Positions 11,087 through 20,616 of a stretch of 64,000 bases of DNA are shown in pieces. The position numbers were made by a program, and so were the translations under genes. Every line of letters starts with the position of its first letter. Positions within the stretch are counted from its first letter, which is position 1. The stretch covers positions 3,040,001 through 3,104,000 of the forward strand of contig OY820905.2 of NCBI GenBank assembly GCA_963555755.3. The letters are read 5' to 3'. The notes under the pieces were generated by a model. That model was not told the origin of the DNA and ran no database searches. It saw only the letters and a program-made list of their open reading frames with translations. The DNA comes from Nitrospirales bacterium. Lineage in GTDB: Bacteria > Nitrospirota > Nitrospiria > Nitrospirales > UBA8639.

Positions 11087-11437
11087 CACTACCTCCATCG
11101 AAGAGTGATATTGTCTAGAGAGGTAGGAAAGAGAAAGAAAGGGTCGACGAGGAAGAGCGGGCAGGCTGCATAACCTCTTCTTTGGGCTCACGCTTTCCGA
11201 ACTGCGTCCTTCTCACCAGGCAACATTCGTTCTGGGCCCCTTCCCGCTTGGCTCAACATCGCAAGGCCCATTGGCGATGCATTGCCATTTCAGCCTAGCA
11301 CCAGTTGTTTCTAAGATCAACTGAGTTGCGAAGCCCAAACCGATTTCTTGGGCGTCACATTCCAACCCCTTCAAGAATCCTTTTCGAACAGGGGGAACCG
11401 GAGGTGAACGATGATTGGCTATTGAATGTGTAGGTCA

Positions 11438-13585
11438 TCAAAACGAAAAGGCCATCTGAACAGGATCGTGAGAAACTGGAATGGGCAAGGTGATGAGGAA
11501 GGTTGTCCCTTGGTCGACCTGGCTACTGACCTCAATGGTTCCGCCGTGAGCCTGAATGATTTGATGGGCGATGGCGAGACCAAGTCCTGTCCCTTCGTGT
11601 TCTTGGCTTTCGTGTTTTGTGGTAAAAAACGGATCGAAAATATGCTCGAGTTCCTTGGGCCCGATACCGTGACCTGAATCGGAAATTTCTATTTGAGCCC
11701 AGGAGCCACCGGTCGTATTGATGACGGAATAGGTGCGGACGGATACAGTTGGGATTCCGCCATCCATGGCCTCAAGCGCGTTAAAAAACATATTCAGAAA
11801 TACTTGCTGGAGTTGTTGCCGATCCAGGCGAAGCGAGGGCAGATCGGTCGCAAAATCTTTATTAATCCGGATCTGCTTGTCACCGGCTTTGACCTTAGTA
11901 GCGTAAAGGCATGCATCAATAATGCTATGGATGTCTTCTTCTAAAAATTGGGGAATCGGATGATGGGAGTAATTGAGGACTTCCTGACAGAGCCGTTCAA
12001 TACGCATCACATCATCGGTCACAATGCGGCCAAAATTCTGGATAAACTCGTGATCGCTCATGCGGTGAGGGGCGAGATGCACAAACGTTTTGATGGAGGT
12101 CAGTGGGTTTCGAATTTCGTGCGCAAATCCGCCAGCCATAATTTCCAGGGAGCGCAGTTGATTGTTCCGTTGGATCAACAGTTGGGATTGTTTCACCTCC
12201 GCATAGAGCAGGGCATTCTCCAAGGCAATGGCGGCATTTCGACCGAGCGACGATAATAATTGTAAATCTTCGGCAGAATAGCCGATGTCTGTGTGGCGCG
12301 GGCCAAGCATGCAAAATCCAATGAGTTGATGGTGCCTATTCAAAAACGGCAAACACACATCCACCTCGAGGGCTGTGAGTTGTTGCACCAATGGTCCAGG
12401 GTGGCCGTGCGTTTCCAAGTCCTCCAATTCATCCCGAACCAGAGGTTCCTGGTGTTGGCGAAGTCGAACAGCAAGGGAGTGGGTCAACCCAAATCGATGT
12501 GAGGACCCGCCCAGGTTGTTGGCGGGAGTCACGGGTCCATACAGGTTTTTCTGTTTGTCCCAAATATACAGCGTCGCATGACGAATAGACATGACCTGTC
12601 TGAGGGTTCCAGTGATTTCTTTGGTTAACGTACGGAAGTCAAGAATGCTGACCAAGGCCTTGGAAAATTCAGAAAGCGTCGTGGTCATTTCGTACCGTTC
12701 TCTAAAGAGTTTTCGCCCGATGGCTTCTTCGGCACGTGTTTTAATGGTGTAGGATCCAAGGACCAGAAAATGAAAAATCACCAACATCGTGGCAGAAAAG
12801 GGATAACTAATTGACCCAAAGTATAGGTGTTGGGCCCACAGCAAGACTCCAAAGGCGGGAACCGCCGCGACGAAGAACAGCGTGAGATAGGAAAGCCCCC
12901 TTTCCAACACGATCGACGTATCCATCAAACGGTATTTCACGATGGCGTAGGCCATGATGATGGGATATACCGGGATGACAAAGTGTCCCCAGGGGTACAC
13001 GTCGATGCCAAAGAGAGAGAGAAAATCGAGCGATCCACCGGCATATCCGATGGTGGTAGCGATGAAGAAATATTTGATCTGGGTTCGTCTGACATCGGAA
13101 CTACGTCGAAAGGCCTGCCCCAGAAGAATGTGGCTATATACGGTCAGCCCCAACCACCCAAGTGTAAAGAATGTGAACAGTAGAGGGCCTGGGACGGCGT
13201 AATAAAAAGAAGAAAACGCGAAACGGACACCTGAGAAAAAATGATTCGACGTTAGAATCAGGGGAACAGAGAGTCCACCAAGGGCATAGGAGACAATTAA
13301 AAGCCGCGGGTGTGTCGTGTCGGAAAAGACACAGGTGAAATGAAAAAATAAAATCGGAATCCAAATCACGCTGACGGCGAATGCCAGGCGCCAAGCGAGC
13401 AGGGCTTTCACGGGGTCGGTTTCCAGAGCAATCCAGATGGATCCTAGACCCCACAGGGCAACAGAGACGGTAAAGGCGAGCCAGAGTTGGTTTAAGCGAC
13501 GAGACGGGTTTCGAGAAAATACAAAAAACCCAAACACCAAAGAACTGATACTTGTGAGAAGTCCTGCAAGCGCAAAGGCATTCAT
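11438..13585 (-). CDS. Sensor histidine kinase: multi-TM (HisKA_7TM-like) N-terminus, GAF, HisKA, HATPase
   Basis: HEIRNPL H-box; N, G1, F and G2 boxes; 7-9 TM helices. Confidence 0.92.
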   Translation of the reverse strand: MNAFALAGLLTSISSLVFGFFVFSRNPSRRLNQLWLAFTVSVALWGLGSIWIALETDPVKALLAWRLAFAVSVIWIPILFFHFTCVFSDTTHPRLLIVSYALGGLSVPLILTSNHFFSGVRFAFSSFYYAVPGPLLFTFFTLGWLGLTVYSHILLGQAFRRSSDVRRTQIKYFFIATTIGYAGGSLDFLSLFGIDVYPWGHFVIPVYPIIMAYAIVKYRLMDTSIVLERGLSYLTLFFVAAVPAFGVLLWAQHLYFGSISYPFSATMLVIFHFLVLGSYTIKTRAEEAIGRKLFRERYEMTTTLSEFSKALVSILDFRTLTKEITGTLRQVMSIRHATLYIWDKQKNLYGPVTPANNLGGSSHRFGLTHSLAVRLRQHQEPLVRDELEDLETHGHPGPLVQQLTALEVDVCLPFLNRHHQLIGFCMLGPRHTDIGYSAEDLQLLSSLGRNAAIALENALLYAEVKQSQLLIQRNNQLRSLEIMAGGFAHEIRNPLTSIKTFVHLAPHRMSDHEFIQNFGRIVTDDVMRIERLCQEVLNYSHHPIPQFLEEDIHSIIDACLYATKVKAGDKQIRINKDFATDLPSLRLDRQQLQQVFLNMFFNALEAMDGGIPTVSVRTYSVINTTGGSWAQIEISDSGHGIGPKELEHIFDPFFTTKHESQEHEGTGLGLAIAHQIIQAHGGTIEVSSQVDQGTTFLITLPIPVSHDPVQMAFSF

Positions 13586-13662
13586 AATGGGGCTGTTGAA
13601 TAATTAGAAATTTCTATATTACCGTTCGCATATGACTGTTCAATGAAACCTCAAAAGCAACA

Positions 13663-13926
13663 GGGGATGTTCAAAAAGGTGCGCTCAGCCAGATGGTCTC
13701 CAGGCTTCCCATCTGACTTTCCCAGGGGCTCTGCCCCTAGGACGGCCCAAACAGCAGGGCCTGTGACCCCTCGAAGGGGGAACACCCCCTTCGAACATCT
13801 CCCCCCGAGTGGTACTGACTACTCGGTGTGCAAGGCCGCAGGCGCTTTGGCGCGCGGAGCGTACTCATAGTACGTGAGCACGACAAAGGGCCGAGAACGC
13901 CGCTGACGCCCTTTTTCAACATTCCC
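13663..13926. mobile_element. MITE family A (TIR GGGAATGTTGAAAAAG-like) with an extra ~140-bp hairpin insert
   Basis: Imperfect TIRs; core CAAGGCCGCA...CGGAGCGTAC-GTACGTGAG...AACGCCGC shared with the other copies. Confidence 0.75.
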
Positions 13927-14179
13927 ATAATCAGAATCCTGAGTCCATTGGATTCAGGGCAAGGGTGCCCAGTACAACCCTAACATTATGATCAAAAGCT
14001 GTTCATGACACAATTGCTTTTCTCTGATGGGGGGGATCCTGTCGAGAAAGGGGGAAGAGAAGGGAAAGGGAGGAGAAGATACACTCAGGATTGGTGGCCA
14101 ACAGTTTGGGAGGTGTGGAATCGTGAGCCCCCGAACTTTGTATAGGCTCGGGGCCTCACAGACCCTGGGCAATGACTTA

Positions 14180-14325
14180 GGGGCCTGTTCAAAAATGTCC
14201 GTCCAGCAAGGCCGCAGGCCCGTTGGCGCGCGGAACGTACGCAGAGTACGTGAGCACGGCAACGGGCCGAAAACGCCGCTGGGACCCTTCGGAAAGACTC
14301 AGGGCATGTTTTTTCAACAGGCCCC
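14180..14325. mobile_element. MITE family A, TTA target duplication (right copy is the stop codon of the undA-like 3' fragment)
   Basis: GGGGCCTGTTCAAAAA...TTTTTCAACAGGCCCC; TTA on both sides. Confidence 0.82.
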
Positions 14326-14535
14326 TTATGCCACGTAAGCTGAACAGTGATCGACCGACAAGTCAATGGGGGAAAACTTGCGATAGCAGGCCTCCAGCGC
14401 GATATGAAAATATTCCATACTGCGTTTGGCGGCCTGGATCACTTTGGGTTGTTCGTGCTCGGAATGGGTCGTCTGAATGATGATCTCCAGGGCTTCCAAG
14501 GCATGCGTTTCATCATAGCGTGCATGATTTTTCAT
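14326..14535 (-). pseudogene. undA: 3' fragment of the interrupted UndA-like heme-oxygenase-like diiron enzyme
   Basis: MKNHARYDETHALEALEII continues AYAW from 20617-21212 in frame once the insertion and one TSD copy are removed. Confidence 0.85.
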
Positions 14536-15332
14536 GGATCATGCAGAATTTAGGGTTCTGGCAGCACAATACGATCAGGTGCACATAAATTTATGGCACT
14601 CCTCGTGGGTTATGTCGCCTCTCCTTTTGAGCGAATGGCGTCGTCTTGTATTGTTAGGTAGCTGCAGCATCTCATGCTGCCTCTTCCTGGCGTCATAGCC
14701 CCTTGGTCCGTGGGAAGAGGGCACGATACGATCGTGCAGCTAGTGCGCCTGTGAAGGCGTTTGATCAGGAGGGTGCAAGTCCCTCTCAGGCGAACGTTAC
14801 CAGCCTGAAGTCGACAGTGGTCACTGCGTTTCCGTGAGGAAGGGTGGAGAGCAATCTGAGACGAACGACCAGTCCGTAACGAAAGTGAACTCGATTCGGC
14901 CAAGCCTGTCGGGGAGGCTCCTAGCGATGTCCGAACCCTTGATCGCGCGACGGCAGATCCCTTCGACCTGAGAGTCTGCCCGGGGGATAGACGCGGCAAG
15001 TCACGGCGGTGACGTAACGTGGGAAAGCGACCGTGGCGAAATGGCAAGGTGGTGGTTGGAGATGGAATGGTCGGAAGGTCAAACGAGCTAAGCAGGGAGA
15101 TCTGTCGGGTGAAGGACGTGGACGACGTGTCGTGACCATTCGCAGTGGGGGACGCTGCGTGATCAATGGCCCAGGCCCCTCGGTGCCGTATCGCGTGCCG
15201 CAGGGGAACGAACGAAGCGATGCCGATGACGTTGGATGAAGCGGCTCGACAGAAGTCAGAGCTCTCATAATAGCTGGGAAGCCGTGCAGCATAACGCGGT
15301 GGAGCAAAGGGGAGCAGGAAGGTAGATGTGAA

Positions 15333-16191
15333 ATGACTAAACCGCCGACACGTCGAGCCTCGACCACGCGTCGAGATTACATCCCAGTCACAGTGCCGTT
15401 TTCGGCTACCCCGGCTGGGGAGCTTCCTGGGATCGACCAGTGGGCTCATCGAGCGGTTTGGACAGATCGCATGGTGGCGACACTGATGGCAGACAACGTG
15501 AGAGGAGGCAAATGGCACACGTTGATGGATAAGGTGTCTGGCAGCCTGAACCTGTCCTGCTCGGCCAAGAAGGTCCTGGGCAAGAACGGGGCTGCGGGCG
15601 TTGACCGGCAAACGTGTTCGGAGTTCGCCGAGCATGAGCGGGCGGAACTCGATCGGTTGCAAGCCGAACTGGGTGACGGAACCTATCGTCCGGCAGCGGT
15701 GCGGCGGCGGTGGATTCCCAAACCCGACAGGTCGGCGAAGCGCCCGTTGGGAATTCCGACCGTGCGGGATCGCGTCGTGCAAACGGCAGTGGTCCACGTG
15801 CTTGAGCCGATTATGGACGCCATGTTCCATGCGCGAAGCTGCGGCTGTCGCCACGGACGCGGGTGCCATGATGCCCTGCGGTGCGTCGAGGAATGGCTCG
15901 ACGCCGGGTATGTGTATGTTGTCGACGCGGATGTGCAGGAGTACTACGAGACGATTCCGAAAGATCGACTGGTGGCCAGAGTGCAACAGAAGATCTCGGA
16001 TCGCCGTGTGGTGGGCCTGGTGAAGAAGTGTCTGAACCAGGGGATTCTGGAAGAACTGCGGGAGTGGACGCCGGAAGCCGGTGGGCCGCAAGGCGCGGTG
16101 CTGTCTCCCATGCTGTCGAATGTCTATCTCAACCCCCTGGACCATCGGATGTCCGATCTCGGATTTCAGATGGTGCGCTACGCGGATGACT
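15333..16191 (+). pseudogene. ltrA: Outer intron RT/maturase, 5' part up to YADD
   Basis: GAAGVD, RPLGIPTVRDR, PQGAVLSP, RYADD; several degenerate motifs (SCGCR, QEYYETI, GGPQG). Confidence 0.85.
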
Positions 16192-18060
16192 GTGCGCCAC
16201 GAAGGCGCACAAAAGGACGTCAGTCCTTTGTGCAGCCATGCTGCACAAGAGATGAGGGGAGGCCCCTCGAAGTCGCTGTACAGGCGGAGGCTTCAAACCA
16301 CCCATGGCTGCTGCCTTTAAGAGAGGTGGTGGTGAGCGCAATGGGAAAAGGCAGGGCAAGACCCTGTCAGGTATGGACCGTCGAGTCGAACGTGAGTGAA
16401 CCGCTGAGGACGTGTCGAAAGCGTAGGGATGACGTCAAAACCGGGGGGGGATCGTTACTCCGGGAGGAATCTGGCGGGCACCTGGTTACTGGCCAGATGG
16501 CGTCCGGCATGAAGGCGGCGAGAAGGCGGTCCAGGCTCTTGTGGAGAACGTGGGAACCTGTCACCCCGATGCGAAGGGAGAAACGCAAGTGGAGGTCCCA
16601 CAAGCGTGAGAGTACCGAGGCGGGGTACAGGGGCGGAGCAACTCGTAGTAGTGAAGAAGGTTCTGTAATGGAGCTGGAGCGAAGGGGTTGCCTTATCGGG
16701 CTTGAGGGAAGAGAGCAACCAGCGATGGGAGGACTTTCGTGACTCAGGCCAAGCCATTTCCCATTACCCAACGTCAGGTGTGGGAAGCCTACAAACGAGT
16801 GAAAGCCAATCAGGGTGGGGCTGGGGTGGATGGCCAGACGGTGGCGGACTTTGAGCAGAGGTTGGACAACAACCTCTATAAGCTCTGGAACCGGATGGCC
16901 TCTGGGAGTTATCGGCCCCTGCCGGTCAAGCGGGTGGAGATTCCCAAGGCAGGCGGCGGCAGCCGTCCGTTGGGGATCCCGACCGTGGCAGACCGGATTG
17001 CGCAAACAGTGGTCAAACAGGCCCTGGAACCGGAAGTGGAAGCCCACTTTCACCCGGATTCCTATGGCTACCGACCGGGGAAATCAGCGCATCAAGCGAT
17101 TGGGCAGGCGCGCAGGCGGTGTTGGCGCTATGACTGGGTGGTGGACCTTGACATCAAAGGGTTCTTCGACACCATCGACCATGACCGGCTGCTGGCCATG
17201 GTGCGTCGGCATACCCAAGCTACGTGGGTGCTGCTCTATATCGAGCGATGGTTGAAAGCTCCGGAGCAAGTGTTGGACGGGACGGTGCGGGAGCGGACCC
17301 GAGGCACGCCGCAAGGGGGTGTCGTCAGTCCGTTGCTGGCGAACCTGTTTCTGCATTATGTCTTCGATGCGTGGATGAGGCGGTACTATCCGCACATCCC
17401 GTTTGAGCGGTATGCCGACGATGGGGTGTGTCACTGTCGCACCCGGAAACAGGCCGAACATCTGAAAGGGGCGTTAGCGCGGCGCTTTGCGGATTGGGGG
17501 CTTGAACTCCATTCGGAGAAGACCCAGATTGTATACTGCAAAGATGCCGATCGGCGTCTGGGGTATCCAATCACCGCCTTCGACTTCTTGGGCTACACGT
17601 TTCGCCCACGGCGGTCGAAGAACCGGTGGGGGAAATACTTCATCAACTTCAGTCCGGCCATCAGTAATAAGGCGGGGAAGGCGATCCGCCAGGTCGTGCG
17701 GAGCTGGCAGCTCCATCTGCGGAGCGATAAAGCGCTCGACGATCTGGCGCGGATGTTCAATGCGAAGATACGCGGGTGGGTGACCTATTACAGTGCCTTC
17801 TACCAATCGGCGTTGTACCGGTCCCTCCGGCACATCGATCGCAAACTTGTGCTGTGGGCCACTCGCAAGTTCAAGCGGCTGCGAGGCCACAAACGGCGAG
17901 CCGATCAGTGGTTGCGACGCATTGCGTGTCGGCAGCCCAATCTGTTTGCTCACTGGCGGTTGGTGTATGGACAGGCTAGATAAGAAGAGCCGGATGAGCG
18001 GAGACGTTCACGTCCGGTTCTGTGAGCGCCTCGAGGGGTGGTTCCTCGGGGCGACTCGAC
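16192..18060 (+). mobile_element. Inner group II intron, RmInt1-like (class D), 1869 bp
   Basis: 5' GTGCG at 16192; DV GAGCCGGATGAGCGGAGACGTTCACGTCCGGTTC; 3' GACTCGAC at 18060; removal restores YADD-FVILCR. Confidence 0.93.
16739..17983 (+). CDS. ltrA: Group II intron reverse transcriptase/maturase without endonuclease domain
   Basis: KPF...EAYKRVKAN.G.AGVDG, GTPQGGVVSP, RYADDG, FDFLG, LFAHW; GTG start after GGAGG. Confidence 0.95.
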   Translation: MTQAKPFPITQRQVWEAYKRVKANQGGAGVDGQTVADFEQRLDNNLYKLWNRMASGSYRPLPVKRVEIPKAGGGSRPLGIPTVADRIAQTVVKQALEPEVEAHFHPDSYGYRPGKSAHQAIGQARRRCWRYDWVVDLDIKGFFDTIDHDRLLAMVRRHTQATWVLLYIERWLKAPEQVLDGTVRERTRGTPQGGVVSPLLANLFLHYVFDAWMRRYYPHIPFERYADDGVCHCRTRKQAEHLKGALARRFADWGLELHSEKTQIVYCKDADRRLGYPITAFDFLGYTFRPRRSKNRWGKYFINFSPAISNKAGKAIRQVVRSWQLHLRSDKALDDLARMFNAKIRGWVTYYSAFYQSALYRSLRHIDRKLVLWATRKFKRLRGHKRRADQWLRRIACRQPNLFAHWRLVYGQAR

Positions 18061-18563
18061 TTGTCATCCTGTGTCGCACGCTGGAAGAAGCCGAAGCGGC
18101 GCTGGCCGAGGTGCGCCGGTGGGTGGAGGCCAATGGGCTGACACTGCATCCCGAGAAAACACACATCGTGGACTCGCGGGAGAAGAGCTTTTCGTTTCTG
18201 GGCTATTCGTTCCGAGGCCGGCTGCGGTTTCCACGAGCGAAGAGCCACCGAAAGTTCATCGCCCGCATCCGCGAGCTGACGCCGCAGAAATCGGGCGACT
18301 CGCTGGCGGTAATTCTCCACCGGCTCACTCGCTCGACGCAAGGGTGGTTCAACTACTTTCGGCACTGTTTTTGGAACATCTTCAAGGCCTACGATGGAAT
18401 GATCCGTCGGCGGTTGCGCCGGATGCTTCTGAAAAGGAACCGAAGGAATCGACAACGCCTCGCACGCAATCAACGGTGGCCGAACGCCTTCTTTGCGGAT
18501 CATGGGTTCACGAGCCTGAATGATGCCCATATTCGTTTCGTCCACTCCATAGGAACCTACTGA
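18061..18563 (+). pseudogene. ltrA: Outer intron RT/maturase, 3' part (RT5-7 and X/thumb)
   Basis: VILCR, GLTLHPEKT, FSFLGY, GWFNYF, RWPNAFF; spliced ORF is 453 aa. Confidence 0.88.
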
Positions 18564-18589
18564 CTGGAGAGCCGTATGCGGGAGAACTG

Positions 18590-20450
18590 CAAGCCGTTCA
18601 CTTAATCTGTTGACACAAACCAGCAAACAGACATAAACAGCGCTTGTTTGCTGGCTTTCTTGTTTTGGATCATGCAGAAAAAATCTTCCGCAACTTCTAC
18701 GCTGAAGCACCCTCGGATACCGCTCGAGTACGGTGGCTTCCAGATCAACCACTGCAAGTCTCCGGTCTGCTCGAACTACGGCGTTCCGCCAGAACAAACA
18801 TCGGTGCGTGGAAAAAATAGCTACACTCTGGATTCACGCAACCAAGGCATTTCATCCTGTATCTGCACGTCCTGCGGCGAAGGATTCCCTCTCAAGAGCA
18901 ACCTCGGCATCGCAGAAGAAGTCGAGCGCATGTCGGCCTACCTGTCGCCTCGTGAGATGGCGTTCTGCCGTAACGATGCCTGTACCAACCATACCGGTCA
19001 GGTGCCCGTAGGTACCGCTGGGGCATATGCCTCGTTCGGCAAGACCGCGATTGGCAGCCCCCGCTGGCGCGGTAGCGTCTGCGGTACGACGTTCTCACAG
19101 AACACCAAGGCCACCGCCCGGCAGCGGGAACATCACAAGAACAAGACCATTTTCAAACTGCTGGTCAACAAGCTGCCCGTGCGCCGAATCATCGAAGTCG
19201 CCGACATCCACCCCAAGACCTTCTACCACCGCCTCGACTTCCTCCATCGCCAGTGCCAATCATTTGCCGCCCACCGCGAGCACGCCCTATCCACCCTCCC
19301 CATTCGGCGACTGTACCTCGGCGTGGACCGGCAGGACGACCTTGTGAACTGGATGGTTCGCAAGGACAAGCGCAACATTCAGCTATCGGCCATTGCATCA
19401 GTGGACAACGAACACGGTTACGGCTTCGGTGTCCACCTTCACTTCGACCCTTCTCTGGACAGCGAAGCTGTCCAAGCCGAAGTCGAGAAGAGCGGCGACC
19501 TTGGCATGCCCTATCCGCATCGTCGCGTTGCACGTCTGTGGCTCAATGCAGACCATGAGCGAGCCAGTGCCAAATCCCTACGCACTTCGCGGCGCAAACC
19601 CGGACTGCCAACGCAGATCGATGAAGCCTATGCCGCAGCATTGATGCGTGACGATATCGAAAGCCCCGATGCGCCGTCGCCCGTAGAACGACTTCCTGAA
19701 TACGGGATGCCAACCCATGGCGAGTACACCATGTCTGGGCATTTTTTCTTCCTCAAACGCCTGCTGGGCAATGTCCAAAAGTGGCGCTTCTTTATCGACC
19801 AAGACCCTGGACTGCGAGCCGCGTGCCTATCGGCGTTCCACGACGAGATCCGAGGCCGCACGGCGGAGGCCTTCTCTGTTCGCATCACCAAAGATCTGAC
19901 GGTGGACGAAACGCGTCAAAAATACAACGAAGCGACGATGCTGTTCGTGCACGCAGAGCTCGCGCACCCAAAGATGAAGCCGCAGGAGGTCAAGTTGCTG
20001 CTGATCAAAGAGCGTCTGGCCTGTATGACGCCGCACGGGAAGTGGCAGGATCGGTGGCTTGACCATCCTTTCCCGACCATGAGCGAGCCAGAGAAGACAG
20101 TGGCCTCCCTCACCAATCTGGGCGACTACGACGAAGACCACAAAGCTTGGCTCTACAACAAAGCGAGCGTGCATGGTGTCGATTCGTTCTTCAACCAAGT
20201 GCGTCGACGGCTCTCCCTGCTGGAGCGTCCGATCCATTCCAAATCCAACAATGGTCGGATATGGAACGGATATTCTCCATATAACCCGGGTAATGTTGCA
20301 AAAGTACTCGACATCATGCGCACGGTGCATAACTACATCCTGACCGGCAAGGATGGCAAGACGCCAGCTGTGCGACTTGGATTGGCCCAAGCGCCGCTGG
20401 ACTACGAAGCCATTATTTATTTTGCATCAACAGATTAAGTGAACGGCTTG
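18590..20450. mobile_element. Unclassified IS, 1861 bp, perfect 24-bp TIR CAAGCCGTTCACTTAATCTGTTGA, 9-bp TSD GGAGAACTG, inserted in intron domain V
   Basis: TIRs at 18590-18613 and 20427-20450; TSD at 18581-18589 and 20451-20459 (an 11-bp TSD/23-bp TIR reading is equivalent). Confidence 0.92.
18672..20438 (+). CDS. Putative large transposase (zinc ribbons, HTH, probable DDE core)
   Basis: Sole long ORF filling the TIR-bounded element; CxxxxC/CxxC motifs, FGKTxxG, GVD...IDQD, C-terminal TPAVRLGL; stop lies inside the right TIR. Confidence 0.75.
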   Translation: MQKKSSATSTLKHPRIPLEYGGFQINHCKSPVCSNYGVPPEQTSVRGKNSYTLDSRNQGISSCICTSCGEGFPLKSNLGIAEEVERMSAYLSPREMAFCRNDACTNHTGQVPVGTAGAYASFGKTAIGSPRWRGSVCGTTFSQNTKATARQREHHKNKTIFKLLVNKLPVRRIIEVADIHPKTFYHRLDFLHRQCQSFAAHREHALSTLPIRRLYLGVDRQDDLVNWMVRKDKRNIQLSAIASVDNEHGYGFGVHLHFDPSLDSEAVQAEVEKSGDLGMPYPHRRVARLWLNADHERASAKSLRTSRRKPGLPTQIDEAYAAALMRDDIESPDAPSPVERLPEYGMPTHGEYTMSGHFFFLKRLLGNVQKWRFFIDQDPGLRAACLSAFHDEIRGRTAEAFSVRITKDLTVDETRQKYNEATMLFVHAELAHPKMKPQEVKLLLIKERLACMTPHGKWQDRWLDHPFPTMSEPEKTVASLTNLGDYDEDHKAWLYNKASVHGVDSFFNQVRRRLSLLERPIHSKSNNGRIWNGYSPYNPGNVAKVLDIMRTVHNYILTGKDGKTPAVRLGLAQAPLDYEAIIYFASTD

Positions 20451-20616
20451 GGAGAACTGCACGTACGGTTCGGAGGGAGGGGGAGCGCAACTCAATGCGC
20501 CCTCCCTACCCCTATCACAAGAAAGAAAGCTCACAGGAAGCAACGCCATGGCCAAGAAACTCCATGTGGCCAGAATTGGATGGCGGTAGGATAGAACCAT
20601 ATATTCTGTATGATCC

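Larger units (their letters stand above)
14743..20515 (+). mobile_element. Outer group II intron (about 2.03 kb without nested elements), IIB-like
   Basis: 5' GTGCG at 14743; RT ORF; DV GAGCCGTATGCG...CACGTACGGTTC split by an IS; DVI and 3' end CCTACCCCTAT at 20515. Confidence 0.9.
14536..20616. mobile_element. Non-autonomous TIR element (308 bp without nested cargo), 24-bp imperfect TIR GGATCATRCAGAAT..., 8-bp TSD TTTTTCAT
   Basis: TSD at 14528-14535 and 20617-20624; TIRs match at 21/24 positions. Confidence 0.88.

Noticed and set aside
14640..14742. attC-like site (GTTAGGT plus hairpins)
   Set aside because: No matching RYYYAAC inverse core and no integrase
14610..16145. 511-aa minus-strand ORF
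   Set aside because: Antisense shadow of the outer intron RNA and RT; no recognisable motifs
15333..16742. 469-aa ORF as a single complete protein
   Set aside because: Sequence after YADD is read-through into the inner intron RNA; the true continuation is 18061-18563
20427..20616. C-terminus of the 261-aa ORF
   Set aside because: Read-through into the TIR element, intron DV/DVI and IS end; the native C-terminus is at 14326-14535
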